A DNA stretch of 64,000 nucleotides, taken from assembly GCF_018977255.1 (NCBI RefSeq), contig NW_024704742.1, positions 104,844,001-104,908,000 of the forward strand. Reading direction: 5' to 3'. This stretch comes from Callorhinchus milii. Its lineage: Eukaryota. Both the position numbers and the translations under genes were made by a program. The notes under the pieces were generated by a model. The model did no database searches. It saw only the letters and a list, made by a program, of their open reading frames with translations, and was not told the origin of the DNA. Of the stretch, positions 1-12,771 are shown one piece after another; position 1 is the first letter of the stretch, and the number at the start of each line of letters is the position of its first letter.

Positions 1-37
1 TCGAGTCTGGAGCTTAATGAAGAACTTGTCTGTCAAA

Positions 38-519
38 TCATAGAATCATAGAATCGTACAGCACAAAACGAGACTATTTGGCCCATCGAGTCTGTGCCGG
101 CTCTATGAAAAGAGCAATGTACTGTCAATCCCACTCCCCAGCCCTTTCCCCATAACCCTGCAAACCCGTCCTCCTCAAATACCCATCCACCGCGTTTTTA
201 AAAGTTGCTATCGAATCGGCCTCCACCACCCTTTCAGGCAATGCGTTCCAGATTCGAACAACTCGATGCGTGAAAAATTCTCGCCTCCCCTCTGCTTCTT
301 TTAGAGACTATTTTAAATCTGTGACCTTGAGTCACCGACACACCCACCACTGGAAACACTTTTTCCCTTTCTAACCTCTCAAATCCCCTCATGATTTTGA
401 AGACCTCTATTAAGTCTCCTCGTAACCTTCTCTGCTCCAATGAGAATAATCCCAGCCTCTCTAGCCTTTCCTCATAATCAAGGTCCCTCAGTCCTGGTAC
501 CATCCTCGTAAATCTCCTC
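38..519 (-). mobile_element. CR1-clade LINE, 5'-truncated 3' end
   Basis: ORF2 C-terminus [46 protein letters not shown]; (GATTCTAT)n tail; closely similar to the copy at 42090-42612. Confidence 0.92.
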
Positions 520-2749
520 ATAGCATATGTAATAGCATATATAAATGTATTCAAGGACATACTTTAAACTAAACTGTTCTGTCTAAATACTATGCTGCTA
601 AAACAGATTAGTAGTTGCTAAATGTGAGAAATGGGAAACGACTCCAGTAAAATTAGTTACATAGAGTGATCCCAGCACAAAAACAGGGCATTGAGCCCAA
701 CTAATCCGTGCCAATGTTTGTAGTGTACCCGAGCCCCAAACTCCTCCTAGACCCCTCTCCTATTCCCCTCTATTCACTTATCTCTCATGTGTGCATCACA
801 TTTTCTCTTCAAGACATTGATGCTATTTGCTTAATTGAAGTGGACTACAAAGATCATTGAGGTCCAATTGATTAAGTTCTAAATTTAAGAATATTTCACA
901 CACTTAAATGCTAAGAAAACATTTAAGTCTAGAAGCAGGTAGAATTTATGCACTTCTTGCTAATGTATGTAGTAATTAATCTATACCAGCATCCTGTAAA
1001 ATATAACTGAGGAAACGATAGAACGGTTTGCTATGGTTGAGCTGTGAGCCCTTGGTGGATGGTACAAGATCCCAATTTGCTTGAGTCAATAAAGATCAGT
1101 CAATAGGCAAAGTCGTCAATAAAGCTGGCTACCTAGTAATATAATTTGAACTTGGATACAAGCAATTTCCTGTTGTCTTCAGGATGATATAATTTGGCAA
1201 GGCAGGTGGGTCTTAATTCTATTCCCCTGCTATGCAAAGTGTTAATGAGTTATTAAGATCCTGAAAATTGCTAGGTAAACCTGTAGGCTTTAAAAAGGTA
1301 GATTAGTCGAGGGAATACATTCAGTTTAATTACAGTTATTTTTCAGGTAAAAGAGGAACAGATGCCATTGATCCCAGTCACTCTTAAGATGCAATTTTAA
1401 TTAGGGAGAGTAGATAGCCTTGAACAAATCTTGGAATTGTGGTGCAACCTGCACCACTACATAACACAACCATTTGGGTCTTGTTTAAAACTGTTTGTGA
1501 AGGGGAAAAAACAAGAGGCATGGCCTCAGATTTATAATAATAATAATCCTTGCATTTGATATGGCGCCTTATCACGTCGTTGAGACATTTCAAATCGCTT
1601 TACAGAATATATTGTAAAGTGGTTTGAATGTGGATTTTGTGGGCGAAACCCCAATATCATATAGATGGCGAGCTCTTGTTATGTACAATTATGATTCTAA
1701 AAAATTTATAAGAATTTTTTTGAACAAATATAAACATCAGTGGGCAAGTTTACCACTGCTCTCCAGACTTCTCTCCCTAAACACCTCCAATGTATACCCG
1801 CAATCTCTGCTTTCAAAACTTATCTGGAAATCTATCTCTTTGGCCACTTACCTCCTGCCCCCTTTATCTCACACTTTGTTCTAGTTCCCACTCTGTCACT
1901 GTTTAAGCAGTTTGCAATGTTTTCCTCTGTGAAAGGCACTGTATTCAGAACAAGAACAACCGGCTCAGACACGATGGGCTGAATGGCCTCCTTCTGTGCT
2001 GTATAATTCTATGATAAGTTGGTGTTGTGCTGTGGTTCTCTGCTGAGTGTAAAAGGCCAGGTAAGACAGAGATTGCCTTGGCCTTTCCCCTTCTCCGATG
2101 TAAGTTGCTCAGTCTGTGATCAGACTACTGGTGTCTCACCAGTCTTTCCCCCCACCTCATTCTCCACTGTCACAGAAAGGTTTGGTTTTCTCACACCCCA
2201 TGATTACTAGTCATGACCTCACATCCACAATCATGTTTTACAAACTACATTCTAAAAGAAAATTATCACTAGTTTATAACAAACAGATAAAGAACAAAAT
2301 GATTAATTGAAATATCAAATCCATGAGACAAAAACAACCCCACTTCACTGTACCAAACAGAACAATCTACACGCAATAAAGCACAGCTCTTACACCCAGA
2401 CTAGTTTCTCTTCAAATATGGCATCCCTGACATCATGCATGGATCTTTGCACTTACATTAAAATGTACAATCAATAATGATCTGGGAATCAAAGCCACTG
2501 CATTTTAAAGGGCTATAACTTTTTAAACATAAACTTATAGCAATTTGGATTGCCCTTTTTTATGAATGTCTCAGGTATCTTGGGTAATAGATTGTAAAGT
2601 TTGATATGTTATTGTGAGATCTTATTGTTTCTAATTTATGGATTTACACAGCAAATGCTTTTTCTGATTTGGAGAACATTATTTCACGTTTAGATTATTG
2701 GAATGAGCTAAATATTAGATTCTCTAATTTGATTTAATTTTTTGAAGAG

Positions 2750-2915
2750 ACTCAGTGGATGTTGTATCCTCAGTTGATGTTAGGAAGGTGTTCAATAGTT
2801 GACGCTTAATAGATTTGTGTCACAAAGTTAAGCCCTATGAAATAGATGAAAGATTACCGAGATGGATAGAGGAATGGTTGAATGAAGGGTGTCAGAAAAT
2901 GGGTGTTAAGGGATA
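2750..2915 (+). mobile_element. Degenerate CR1 ORF2 (RT) fragment
   Basis: Decayed DVVY..F.KAFD.V...K......WI..WL...QR-type coding pattern. Confidence 0.5.
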
Positions 2916-3100
2916 TTTTTCCCTCAAATTCTGTTACTTTTGAATTATTTCAGTGATATTATTTCAGTGAATTGCATGGAATTAGATCCTCATGATTTTG
3001 ATATGAAAAGCCAAACTAGGGTATATTTTGTTGACATTGTTGGTTCTGCCTGGCCAATCATTAGAGGCGGTTCTACCAAATGATTTCTTGTATTATACTT

Positions 3101-3312
3101 TTAATAATAATAATAATAATCCTTGCATTTGATATAGCGCTTTTCACGTCTTCTAGAAGTCCCAAAGCGCTTCACAGAATAGACTGTAAAGTGAATTGAC
3201 TGTATATTTGTGGGCGAATGCGGCAGCCAATTGCGCACAGCAATGTCCCACAAACAGTCGTAGATTGAAAATGACCAATTTATTAATGTTTTTTGTTTTG
3301 GAGGGATTATTT
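3101..3312 (-). mobile_element. tRNA-Ala SINE, 3' half
   Basis: Shares body and (TTA)n tail with the full-length copies at 23302 and 26801. Confidence 0.85.
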
Positions 3313-3840
3313 TTATGAGTTTAGCATGAGCATCAGCATAGGTTATAAACAAGTAAAAAAAAGCATTGGGCATGACTGAAGCTGATAATCAACGTAATAT
3401 TGGTGACTATTTACAGAAGCAAGTTTACATTGGGAAAAAAAGTGAAACTTTCATATGGGAGGACTGAAACAAAATTTCTCAAAATTGAATGGAATACTCA
3501 TTATAAATTGATGTCTATTACGTCCTTAATGTTTGAGCAAACTGGCTTTCTAAAAAATATTTTAGCTGTAACTATTAGTCTCAAGTGAACCTGAAGATGC
3601 AATCTGTCTCATCACAGTTCCATAAGACAATTAATGTTCAGCCTAATTAAACTTAAAAGTGTCTCTGTGAGATGCTAACAGCATTAATGCATTTTAAATG
3701 AAATGTGGCTCGTCTAAATTGAGGGCTTACACATTCATTAATGTAACAGGGGTTCCAGAGCCCTCATTATGTGTAAAACAGCACAAAGGTTTGTTGAGTG
3801 TTACAAGATGGTAACAAATTGAAGGCTTGATCATTTCTTG

Positions 3841-4888
3841 TAGAGTCGTATAGTATAGTGTTTAGAGCACTCTTCTCGCAAATGAGAGAACCCAGGATTC
3901 GATTCCTGGACAGGGCGAAAACATAGGCAAGTTTCCTTACTTTCCTCACCCTCCATACTAAGCCAGTCTGGAACCTTGGCATCTTGTTTGACGCTCAACT
4001 ATCCTATCTACCCCACATCTGTGCCACGACCCGCTCTGCCTTCCCCCACTTCTGCAACATTGCCCGGCTCCACCACTGTCTCACACTGCAGGTCGCGGAA
4101 ACCTTCATGCACACATTCATAACATCAAGGCTTGACTATGCAAACTCCTTGCTTGTCGGCCTCCCCAACTCTTCACTCCATAGGCTGCAGATCATCCAGA
4201 ACTCTGCAGGCTGTGTCCTCTCCTGTACCAGGCTCCATTACCCCATCAACCCCATCCTCGCCCGACTCCACTGGCTTCCCATCACACAGAGGATACAGTT
4301 CAAGCCCTCACCTTCAAAGGCCTCCATGGTCTTGCTCCCCCTATCTCTGCAACCTCCTAACCCCTACCATTCTGCCTGCGCTCGCCACTCAGTGGGCTCC
4401 GACCTGCTTCATGTTCCTCACCTCGTTCATCCCACTATTGACAGGTGGGCCTTCTGCCATTCTGCCCCCACCCTCTAGAACTCCATCCAGCAGGCCCTTC
4501 ACCTCGCTTCCTCCCTTGCCTTCTTCAAGACCCAACTCAAGACCCTCCTCTTCAACCATTCTTGCGATCTCCTTGCTTCTCCTCCTGTCCTCCACCCTCC
4601 CCATTCCTGACACCCAGCTCGGGTCCAAAACACTGACTGTCCAGTGCCTTAGGACGTCCTCCTGACATGAAAGGTGCTATAAAAATGTAATTTTGTTGTT
4701 GTTGTTACTCCATACGCCTCTGTTTACCTAGCAGTAAGTAGCAACCCAGTTGTTACTCGATTGTCTGATTGCTAATATTGGTAATAATCCCTCCAAAAAA
4801 ATTGGTCACTCAATCCATGACTATTTGTGGGACACTGCTGTGCGCAATTGGCCATGAGGGGCGCTATATAAATGCAAGTTGTTGTTGT
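3841..4888 (+). mobile_element. Long-form tRNA-derived SINE interrupted by an L2 LINE (3942-4704)
   Basis: SINE head at 3841-3941 resumes at 4705. The L2 carries TSRLDYANSLL and LHWLP motifs and a (TTG)n tail. TTACT is duplicated at both junctions. Confidence 0.85.
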
Positions 4889-5483
4889 CATATATCAGAA
4901 CTTGCCTGCAGTTATTCAGCAGCATCACTCTAAGCAGGTGGAAAATATTTTCTGTTCCCTAAATCTCTCACAACTGGCTGAGGAGATCTCAAACAGAACA
5001 TCAGAGGATTTGTCCTTTCCATTCATTATGGCCTATTTCACTAACTAGATTCTTTCTTGGAACCGGTTCATTTTCAGTCAGAGACCTCCTGTGTTTTGTA
5101 AATTATGAATTAGATTTAGTTTTACATTTCCAGCAGGTCACATTTCAAATGTTTTCGATTGGAAACTGACCCTTTTAGTTTCCAATCTAAACCGGTGATG
5201 TTTGAATGGTATGTGGAAGGTTTACAGGAATCCCATATCACAGCCATAACAGCAGCACTGTGTAAGCATGAAAGCATTTGATGGTCTGGTAGTTCATTAC
5301 TTAATTAACTATACGGTGATGAGCTGAGAAGGTCCATAACGATACTTCACTTAAACGGATGATGTGCCATAAAGATGTTCTGTTGCACAGGGGAAAACTC
5401 AAAACTATTTTAAGGAACCAAAGGAGAGCTACTGTCATGACTAATTAACATCCCTAAGAACTGCCCCTATTAACATGGCTCCG

Positions 5484-7020
5484 ACATGAACTCTAAACCA
5501 CCTGCTCCCTGGACCCCATCCCCACTCCTCTTCGTAAATCCCAGCTCCACCTTCTTGCCCCACTACTCGCCGATATCATCAACCTCTCCCTGTCATCTGG
5601 CACTGTTCCTACCCCCTCAAAACAGCCACTATCATCCCCACCTTGACCCAACACAGCTATCCAACTACCGGCCCATCTCCAACCTCCCTTTTCTGTCCAA
5701 GGTCCTTGAGAGAGCCGTTGCCTCCCAGCTTCGCTCTTTCCTCTCCTCTCACTCCCTCCATAAGCCCCTCCAATTGGGTTTCTGTGCTGCCCACAGCACA
5801 GAAACTGCTCTGATCAAGGTCACAAATGACATCCTGACCATGTGTGACCAGGGCTCCCTCTGCCTCCTCGTCTTCCTCGACCTCTCCCCCGCTTTTGACA
5901 CTGTGGACCATTCAATCCTCCTTCACTGCCTCTCCTCCCACCTCAACCTCCAAGGTTCCATTCTTGACTGGTTCAAGTCCTATCTTTCACACCACCTTCA
6001 CTTAGTCTCTGCAAACAGCTTCTCCTCCAGCCCCCGCAGCGTCTTGTGTGGTGTTCCTCAGGGCTCTGTCCTCGGTCCCCTCTTCTTCCTCTCTACATGC
6101 TCCCCCTTGGTGACATCATCCGCAAACATGAGGTAAATTTCCACATGGATGCGGATGACACCCAACTCTACCTCTCTTCCTCCACCCTGAACTCCAGTAC
6201 CACTGATGTACTGACCCATTGCCTGTCCGACATCAAGTCCTGGATGACCGAGGCCCTCCTGATTGGCTTGTGCCAGTGCCTCCACACCTCAGGTGCTGGC
6301 AGCATCAGCCTCCACGGCTGCACACTCAACCTCACTAAGCCAGTCAGGAACCTGGGTATCTTGTTTGACCCTGACCTGTCCTTTCTCCCCCACATCCACG
6401 CCATGACCGGCACTGCCTACCACCACCTCCGCAACATTGCCAGACTCCGCCCCTGCTTCACCCCTCAGGCTGCCGAAACCCTCACCCACGCATTCGTCAC
6501 ATCAAGGCTCGATTATGGGAACTCTCTCCTCATCGGCCTTCCCAACTCTTCCCTTCACAAGCTGCAGATCATCCAAAACTCTACAGCTTGTGTACTCGCG
6601 CTCACCAGGCTCTGTGACCCCATCACTCCACCCTCGCCCGACTCCACTGGCTCCCCATCCCCCAGAGGATGGAATTCAAGATCCTTGTCCTCATTTTCAA
6701 GGCCATCCATGGCCTTGCCTCCTCCTACCTCTCTGACCAGCTCCCTCCGTTCAGCGGGCTCCAGCCTGCTCTTCGCTTACACTCTGGAACTCCATTCTAC
6801 GGTCCCTTCGCCTCGCTTCTTCCCTTGCCTCCTTCAAGGTCGGTCTCAAGACCCTTCTCTTCATTCATGCCTTTGGTCGCCCTCCCACCTCTTTGCCTTC
6901 CCTCATCTGTACCCCACCCCTCCCCCATGCTCAGGTCCTGACCCCTGACTGTCCAGTGCCTTGGGACGTTCTCCAGATGTGAAAGGTGCTCTATAAATGT
7001 AATTTTGTTGTTGTTGTTGT
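5484..7020 (+). mobile_element. L2-clade LINE, 5'-truncated, frameshifted RT
   Basis: NYRPISNLPFLSKVLE, HSTETAL, LDLS(P)[25 protein letters not shown]; stem-loop plus (TTG)n tail. Confidence 0.93.
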
Positions 7021-7574
7021 AAACAGTTTCAAATGATACCTTGTTTTTAAAAAGATCTTCTTATCAAACAGAGGAAGTTTTAATGGGCTGTGTAGGTTGA
7101 ACCATTAATTCTCCAGCCCCTGCCAGTTGAGGTTGTTTGGCTGAAAGCACTCAGAATATAGTAAGGCTTCAATTTTGGCTTCCCTAGAACCTTGTCTGCC
7201 CCCTTAAAAAGTAAAAAAAAAATTCCTGGCATGGAGACAAATCCTTTCTATGGGAAATGACACTGCTTAATGGTCTGCTACGATGTGTAAAAATGAGAAT
7301 ATTCACAGGAATTCTTGTTTTACATCTAACCATAAAACTGCAACACAGACCAAATTAGTTTCACAACTCAATATAAAATTATTCAGTGGTCACATTAGCT
7401 ACACTAAATGCAAATCAATGATTAAAAATCTGTACTTTCCATCTTTAAAGCTCTGTTCTTTCAGATATAACCTCTCCACAAGGAGGGAAAACAGGATTTT
7501 AAAAAATGTGTCAGATGGGATTTCAAATGATCACTTAATGGCTATTCTCCTTTGTGAGGGGGAGGAACGTAAAC

Positions 7575-8076
7575 TGGCTCCCAGGTGACTTGCTTGGCAA
7601 CAGAATGTTGGAATTGAGTCAATCCTCTGTGTCTCTCTGTCTGTAGTCTGGTTCCTGAACCAGGTGGGTCTGCAGTATTCCAGGGCACAGCTGATGACCG
7701 ACAAGCCAGCCTGGCTCATCGGCAGGACGTGGAGGGGCCGACTGGGAGCAGGGATTGTTCCCACTCAGCTGTTAACCCTGCAACTAAAGCCACAGCTGGA
7801 CAAGCAGCGTGAAGCTTGCCAGGCAGCACTCTCAAACACAAGGGATGGGGTTTTAGCTCCAGCCTAATCCTAACTCACACTCTTGGGTCCCACCAACCTG
7901 TGCCTAATATTCTCTCGATTATGTGGGCAGGGGGTGTCCATCCAGGAAGACAGCTCACATTCCATAACAGACACAGGAAAATAGGTGGCATATATATGTG
8001 GAAATGTTTTGTCTGGATACTCATAGACATGGTGATGGGTTTCTGTATATATCAGACAGCCGGCTGATCAAAAATA
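7575..8076 (+). mobile_element. Unclassified ~500 bp dispersed repeat, copy 1 (retroposon-like)
   Basis: Colinear similarity to 19722-20236; terminal hairpin plus A-rich tail. Confidence 0.7.
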
Positions 8077-8139
8077 ATCAAAATGGCCAACAGGCTTTAG
8101 GGCTGAATGGCTTCTCTTATCTATTTGATAGTTTTAGTT

Positions 8140-8640
8140 TATATGCTGTTGGTGCCATCATCCCAAGGCTTGGAGCTTACTCCACATGTATATGGACAAC
8201 ACTCAATTCTACCTTCTGTCACTATCCTTGGCTCAAGGCTCGCTGCTGTTCTGCCTGTCAGACTTCAAGTTCTGGATAAACCTTAACTTTCTGCAACTCA
8301 AAATCGATAAAACAGGCTATCCTACAGGACTCCATCCGTGCCACCTCCCCTCAGGCGCTGACAAAATTGACTGCTCTGGTTGTCCACTCCAAGCTATGGA
8401 GCTGAGTGGAAACTTGATGTTTTGTTCTACTGTCAACTCTGTCAACTTTACATTCAGGTTCTGATGAAGTCTGCTTTCCTCCATATCCATTATCTGCCCC
8501 GCCCCCTGCGCCCCTCCCCAACCGCTTTGGAAACTTTACCGAAAACAGTCTTTCACTATGCCTTTGGCCATGTCCCCCAACTCCCTCCCAGCCTGGGTTT
8601 GTAATCACATGTTGTAAAGTGCCTGCAATGTGAAGGCACA
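8140..8640 (+). mobile_element. Old degenerate L2 fragment
   Basis: HMYMDNTQFY (YADDTQLY) and NFLQL motifs; decayed L2 3' UTR. Confidence 0.7.
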
Positions 8641-8750
8641 ATGACAACAACCTCTCTATCTAACTTAACCTTTTTAGACCCAAGAAGTCATGTCCAATTT
8701 AAGGGAGGAAGAAGTTAGAGATTTGTCTAGTATTATGCTGGGCTCTCGAG

Positions 8751-9167
8751 TTATAATAATAATAATCCTTGCATTTGATATAGCGCTTTTCGCATCTTCT
8801 AGACGTCTCAAAGCACTTCACAGAATATTCTGTAAAGTGAATTAACCATATAGGAGTTATACTGTCTGAAATAAGTGGAAGACATTTATTATAGTTGCCT
8901 TTCCCAGTGATAACATAAGCAGATTGTTCTATAGTTATAAATAATTTGCTTGGATATGAGGAGGGGAAGGGGAAAGGAAGAGACAATATTTTCCATGTTT
9001 ATTTTCTATGTTGTGAGTTTGGGCATTATTATCCCCCCAGATATTTGATGCCATTAATAATAATTTTTGCATTTGATATAGTGTCTTATCACGTCTTCGC
9101 GACGTCTCAAAGCACTTCACAGAATATACTATAAAGTGAATTTGACTGCATATTTTGTGGGCGAAAT
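8751..9167 (-). mobile_element. Two short SINE 3'-tail fragments (8751-8843, 9055-9167)
   Basis: (TAA)n...CCTTGCATTTGATATAGCGC tail motif. Confidence 0.75.
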
Positions 9168-9349
9168 CCAAGGGATGGAATTCATACCTACGCAAGGGTC
9201 ATATCCTTAGAGTTGGCTATAATATTTGATGTGTTGAAAGATATTCAGCAATTTAGCAGACTGCCATTGGCATATATTGTTATATTTGGTGCTCTGTTCC
9301 ATCAGCCTGCACTGTGTTCACCCTGTGGTCTTACAGGAAACAAAACAAC

Positions 9350-12300
9350 TTGTTTCTCTGCAGCATTTTTTATTGTCATTTGAATGTAGATGAATATGAA
9401 TCCAAAGTAAAAGTACAAGTGCAGGCATTTGCAGCCAGATGGTCACATATTTAAATGCAGGGTTGCCTGCCACCCAAATTCACCTGCCAAAGCAGCAACA
9501 TTATTGATTGTCAGTGAGACCATGATCGAGTGAGCAAATGATATTGAAGTTTGCCTGATGCACAACAGAGCATTTTAGCATCAATGTCACCATTCAGCCA
9601 AAAAACTGTAGTAAAAGACACAAGAATAGAGGAGAATATTTTGTTTATTTTAAGGAATATTCCCCGCCTCCCGCATTAGAAAAAAAATTTAAACAAACAG
9701 TTTAAGAATAGTAATTTACACCTTTTATGATCAAAATGCAAATTGTAAGTAATCAGATGCCAGGTGAAGGAATGTAAAAGTGAGTAAAACACTCAACGCC
9801 ATTTCATCCATTTCTGTGCCTTTCACATGATAAAGACATGATAAGACTGCCTTTGCTCTCTATGAAAATATAACTCATTGAATTAAAATTACTGATGTCA
9901 TGCATTGATCATATACCTTTTAAAAATCTGTAATTTAAAGACTGATGATTTACAAATATATACATTGTAGTAAGCCTACATTATTTATTATGCATTAAGA
10001 ATCCCAACTGCTTTGAATTTCAGTAAGACAAAAGAAAACCAAAGTACACAGCACTTCAGTTACAATTAATTAGTTATAGAGACAGAAAATAAATGTTTTT
10101 TTCAGAATTCAATTTAATAAACTTCCCCAAACTCATAAAGTTCAAAAATCATACATAATGTAAATATTCATTAAATACTATTGTGCTCAACACATAATCG
10201 GGATAGTAGAATTTCATTATCATATTGAACAGAAAAGTAAATTCTCTGTTATAATACCAGATCAGAATTTGTATCCTATATTGCCAGAGGCTCAGAAACA
10301 AAATTATCTTTGTTAACTGCAAATAAATTGAACTGCATTTATATTAGCCCCATAACCAGCATATGTGACCTAATACATTTGAAACTTTGATTAAGATTAT
10401 TTAACAATATCAAATTTATAAAATAACAAGGTACAGCATTTATTGAACTGCAATTTTGAACAAACTGATACAGAGGTACATGTTCTTTACTGCACAAAAT
10501 AAAGAAAGCAGTGGAAGGTTAATCTAGATGTTAGTCTGCAAGCACTTTCTTCAAGTGTGTACATTTAGGTGGCCCAAGGATCTAAATTTAAAAATGTTTA
10601 CATAAATTATGCCAACATTGGACATACTGCAGTATGAATAAAACAACTGATCTGAGGATTATGGTTATGTGACCCTAGAAAGCAGAAAAAAACATTTGAG
10701 TAATTAAAGTAAATGTCTGGAGAGATGTTATTGACTTCTTTCGTAGAGTGAACACCATATACAGCGTTACTGTCAATGAATAAATGTTCTGACCTTGTCC
10801 GAGATAAAGTTTGTACAGAAGCCTGGAATTATATAAGTATCAAAGAAAAAAACACACTGAATTCACTAGTGAATTCACTGTATACAACAAAAGTATACAG
10901 ACTTGTTTGTATGCACACAAATAAAACACCACACATCTCTGGAAGCTCATCCAATTACCTGTTTGTGCACAACAAAATGTTAAACTATGCTTGGCCAAAG
11001 TTGGGCATTTCAAGCAAGGTTAAGAAAAACTGATTTAAGTGTGGGCACCTTCAAGCAAACAGCTGACAACACTATAAGGTACTTCTTACGGCACTACTGT
11101 TTAGTCCAGAACATACACACTAGTACTATACTTACATTAGCAAATGCAGTTGCAACACACAAATGTAAATGAACACAGTACAAGATTGAGAAAAATATGA
11201 TCATGCCAATTCACATTGTACAAGTCTTTCTAAAATATTCGATAATATTATGAGATTTCAGTAGAATCAAAATGAAGGCACATTAAACAAAACGAAAGTA
11301 ATTTACTAGGATATTTAAGGAATGAAATACTTAAATATTACCTTAGGCAAAATCATGCAAGAAATTTAAAACTTAAGAAGTCATTTGAGCACACTTTCAT
11401 GTACTTAATAATTAAAAGAATCCTAATACACTTTATCATCCTTGGCAATACTGATGATATATAGAAGTCAACAGCATTTTATTGCTGATTCTATTCTATC
11501 GCTCAGTACATTCAAATGGTCACCAAAAGGCAGAAAACAAAAGATAACAACATGTGAGTAATGACACATATATTTAGCACATATTATTTGCATTTACACC
11601 CTTTAAGCCCTGTAAGATGAGATCACATACATTTTATAAGATAGAACCAAAACACTCTGCGACTGGATTATAAAATAAGGAGAGGNAAAAAATAGTACTG
11701 TGTAGTATACAATGTATGATCATTATAAGGCACAGACTTACAAGTTGCAACTTTGGAATATAAAACAAAATTTATTCTGACTAATGTTGGCAACACAGAC
11801 ATGTCCTTTTACCAACATATTTTACACCGTTGTAGCCACTCATGCAGATATTACAATTTACTGCTGAAGCATTGCACTTATCCCATTTAATCAAGTAATG
11901 AGACAGAATTCTCCACAGCTCAATAATTCTGCACCTCAAATTAAAAACATTCCAGTGTTAATTCTGAAATCTTACTGCTTTCATTTCAGACTTCATCCTT
12001 GAGCTCTTGTTTCTTGCCTCCCAGATCATATTTCAAATTTTCTTGCACTTACAAGATTGCACTTTGTCACAGAATCAATATCTTCACACATAGGGATTCA
12101 ATAACCTATTTTTTTTTGGTCATGTTCTTAACATTATTTTGGGGACAGGTCTTTAAATGCAAGCAGAATTAAGCTATTCTTAGTAGATGAATGAGTGGGA
12201 TTCACTTCTTCAGTGTAGCTGCTCTCTTGTGTTTATTTTTAACCCATTGAGATATTGATGCTACTTCATTCAATTAGCATTGTATTACAGAAATATAACC

Positions 12301-12618
12301 TGAGAATTGAATTGTGAGAAAACAGTTCATTGACCCAAATGGATTTCTTGTTTATTGTTGCATGAAAGACAGAAAGTTTTCACTTTTTCACCTTTTCTAA
12401 CATAACATTTTTTTCATAAAATAAAATGAAAAAAAAATTTCCCCGCCTTTGATTTTTGTTTTTCTATTGAATCAGTAGACTTGACATTTTTTGAAAAAAG
12501 AATGCATCAATGCTTTTCAGAAGTCTTAGTAAAATGTGCTTATAGTTATTGCGCCTCAGGATCGTAGATGATGCAATTTTTATAACAGTTTATCAGGCAA
12601 TCTGAGTAGGAGCGAGAT
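9350..12618 (-). other. MAN2A1: Probable MAN2A1 3' UTR (end uncertain)
   Basis: AT-rich stretch free of recognisable retroelements directly after the stop codon, with several minus-strand AATAAA sites. One ambiguous base (n) at 11686. Confidence 0.55.
9369..9374 (-). terminator. Candidate distal polyadenylation signal AATAAA
   Basis: Minus strand AATAAA followed ~20 nt later by a GU/U-rich tract (gttgttttgtttcc); retroelements resume just beyond it. Confidence 0.4.
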
Positions 12619-12771
12619 TCATCTTAACCGAATTCGGAATGTACTTATCTCCATTGGATTCAGGTGTATTTCACTAGTATTACTGGGCTCTGGTAGAGTA
12701 TGCATCAAAGTCAAGGATGATGGAATCAGACTTTGAATTTTAACATTTTTAAAGAGTTTGAACACAGGAAT
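12619..12771 (-). CDS. MAN2A1: MAN2A1 last coding exon (~22), 153 nt to stop
   Basis: ttttcccctgcag|ATT CCT GTG...[59 protein letters not shown]. Confidence 0.96.
   Translation of the reverse strand: MPVFKLFKNVKIQSLIPSSLTLMHTLPEPSNTSEIHLNPMEISTFRIRLR

Noticed and set aside
5484..7020. Intact or active LINE, or a domesticated RT gene
   Set aside because: All LINE copies in the window are 5'-truncated (no endonuclease or ORF1) and frameshifted.
1..9300. Exons of a neighbouring gene downstream of MAN2A1
   Set aside because: No recognisable protein similarity or consistent splice/frame pattern; the region is mostly repeats. Small exons could be missed by eye.
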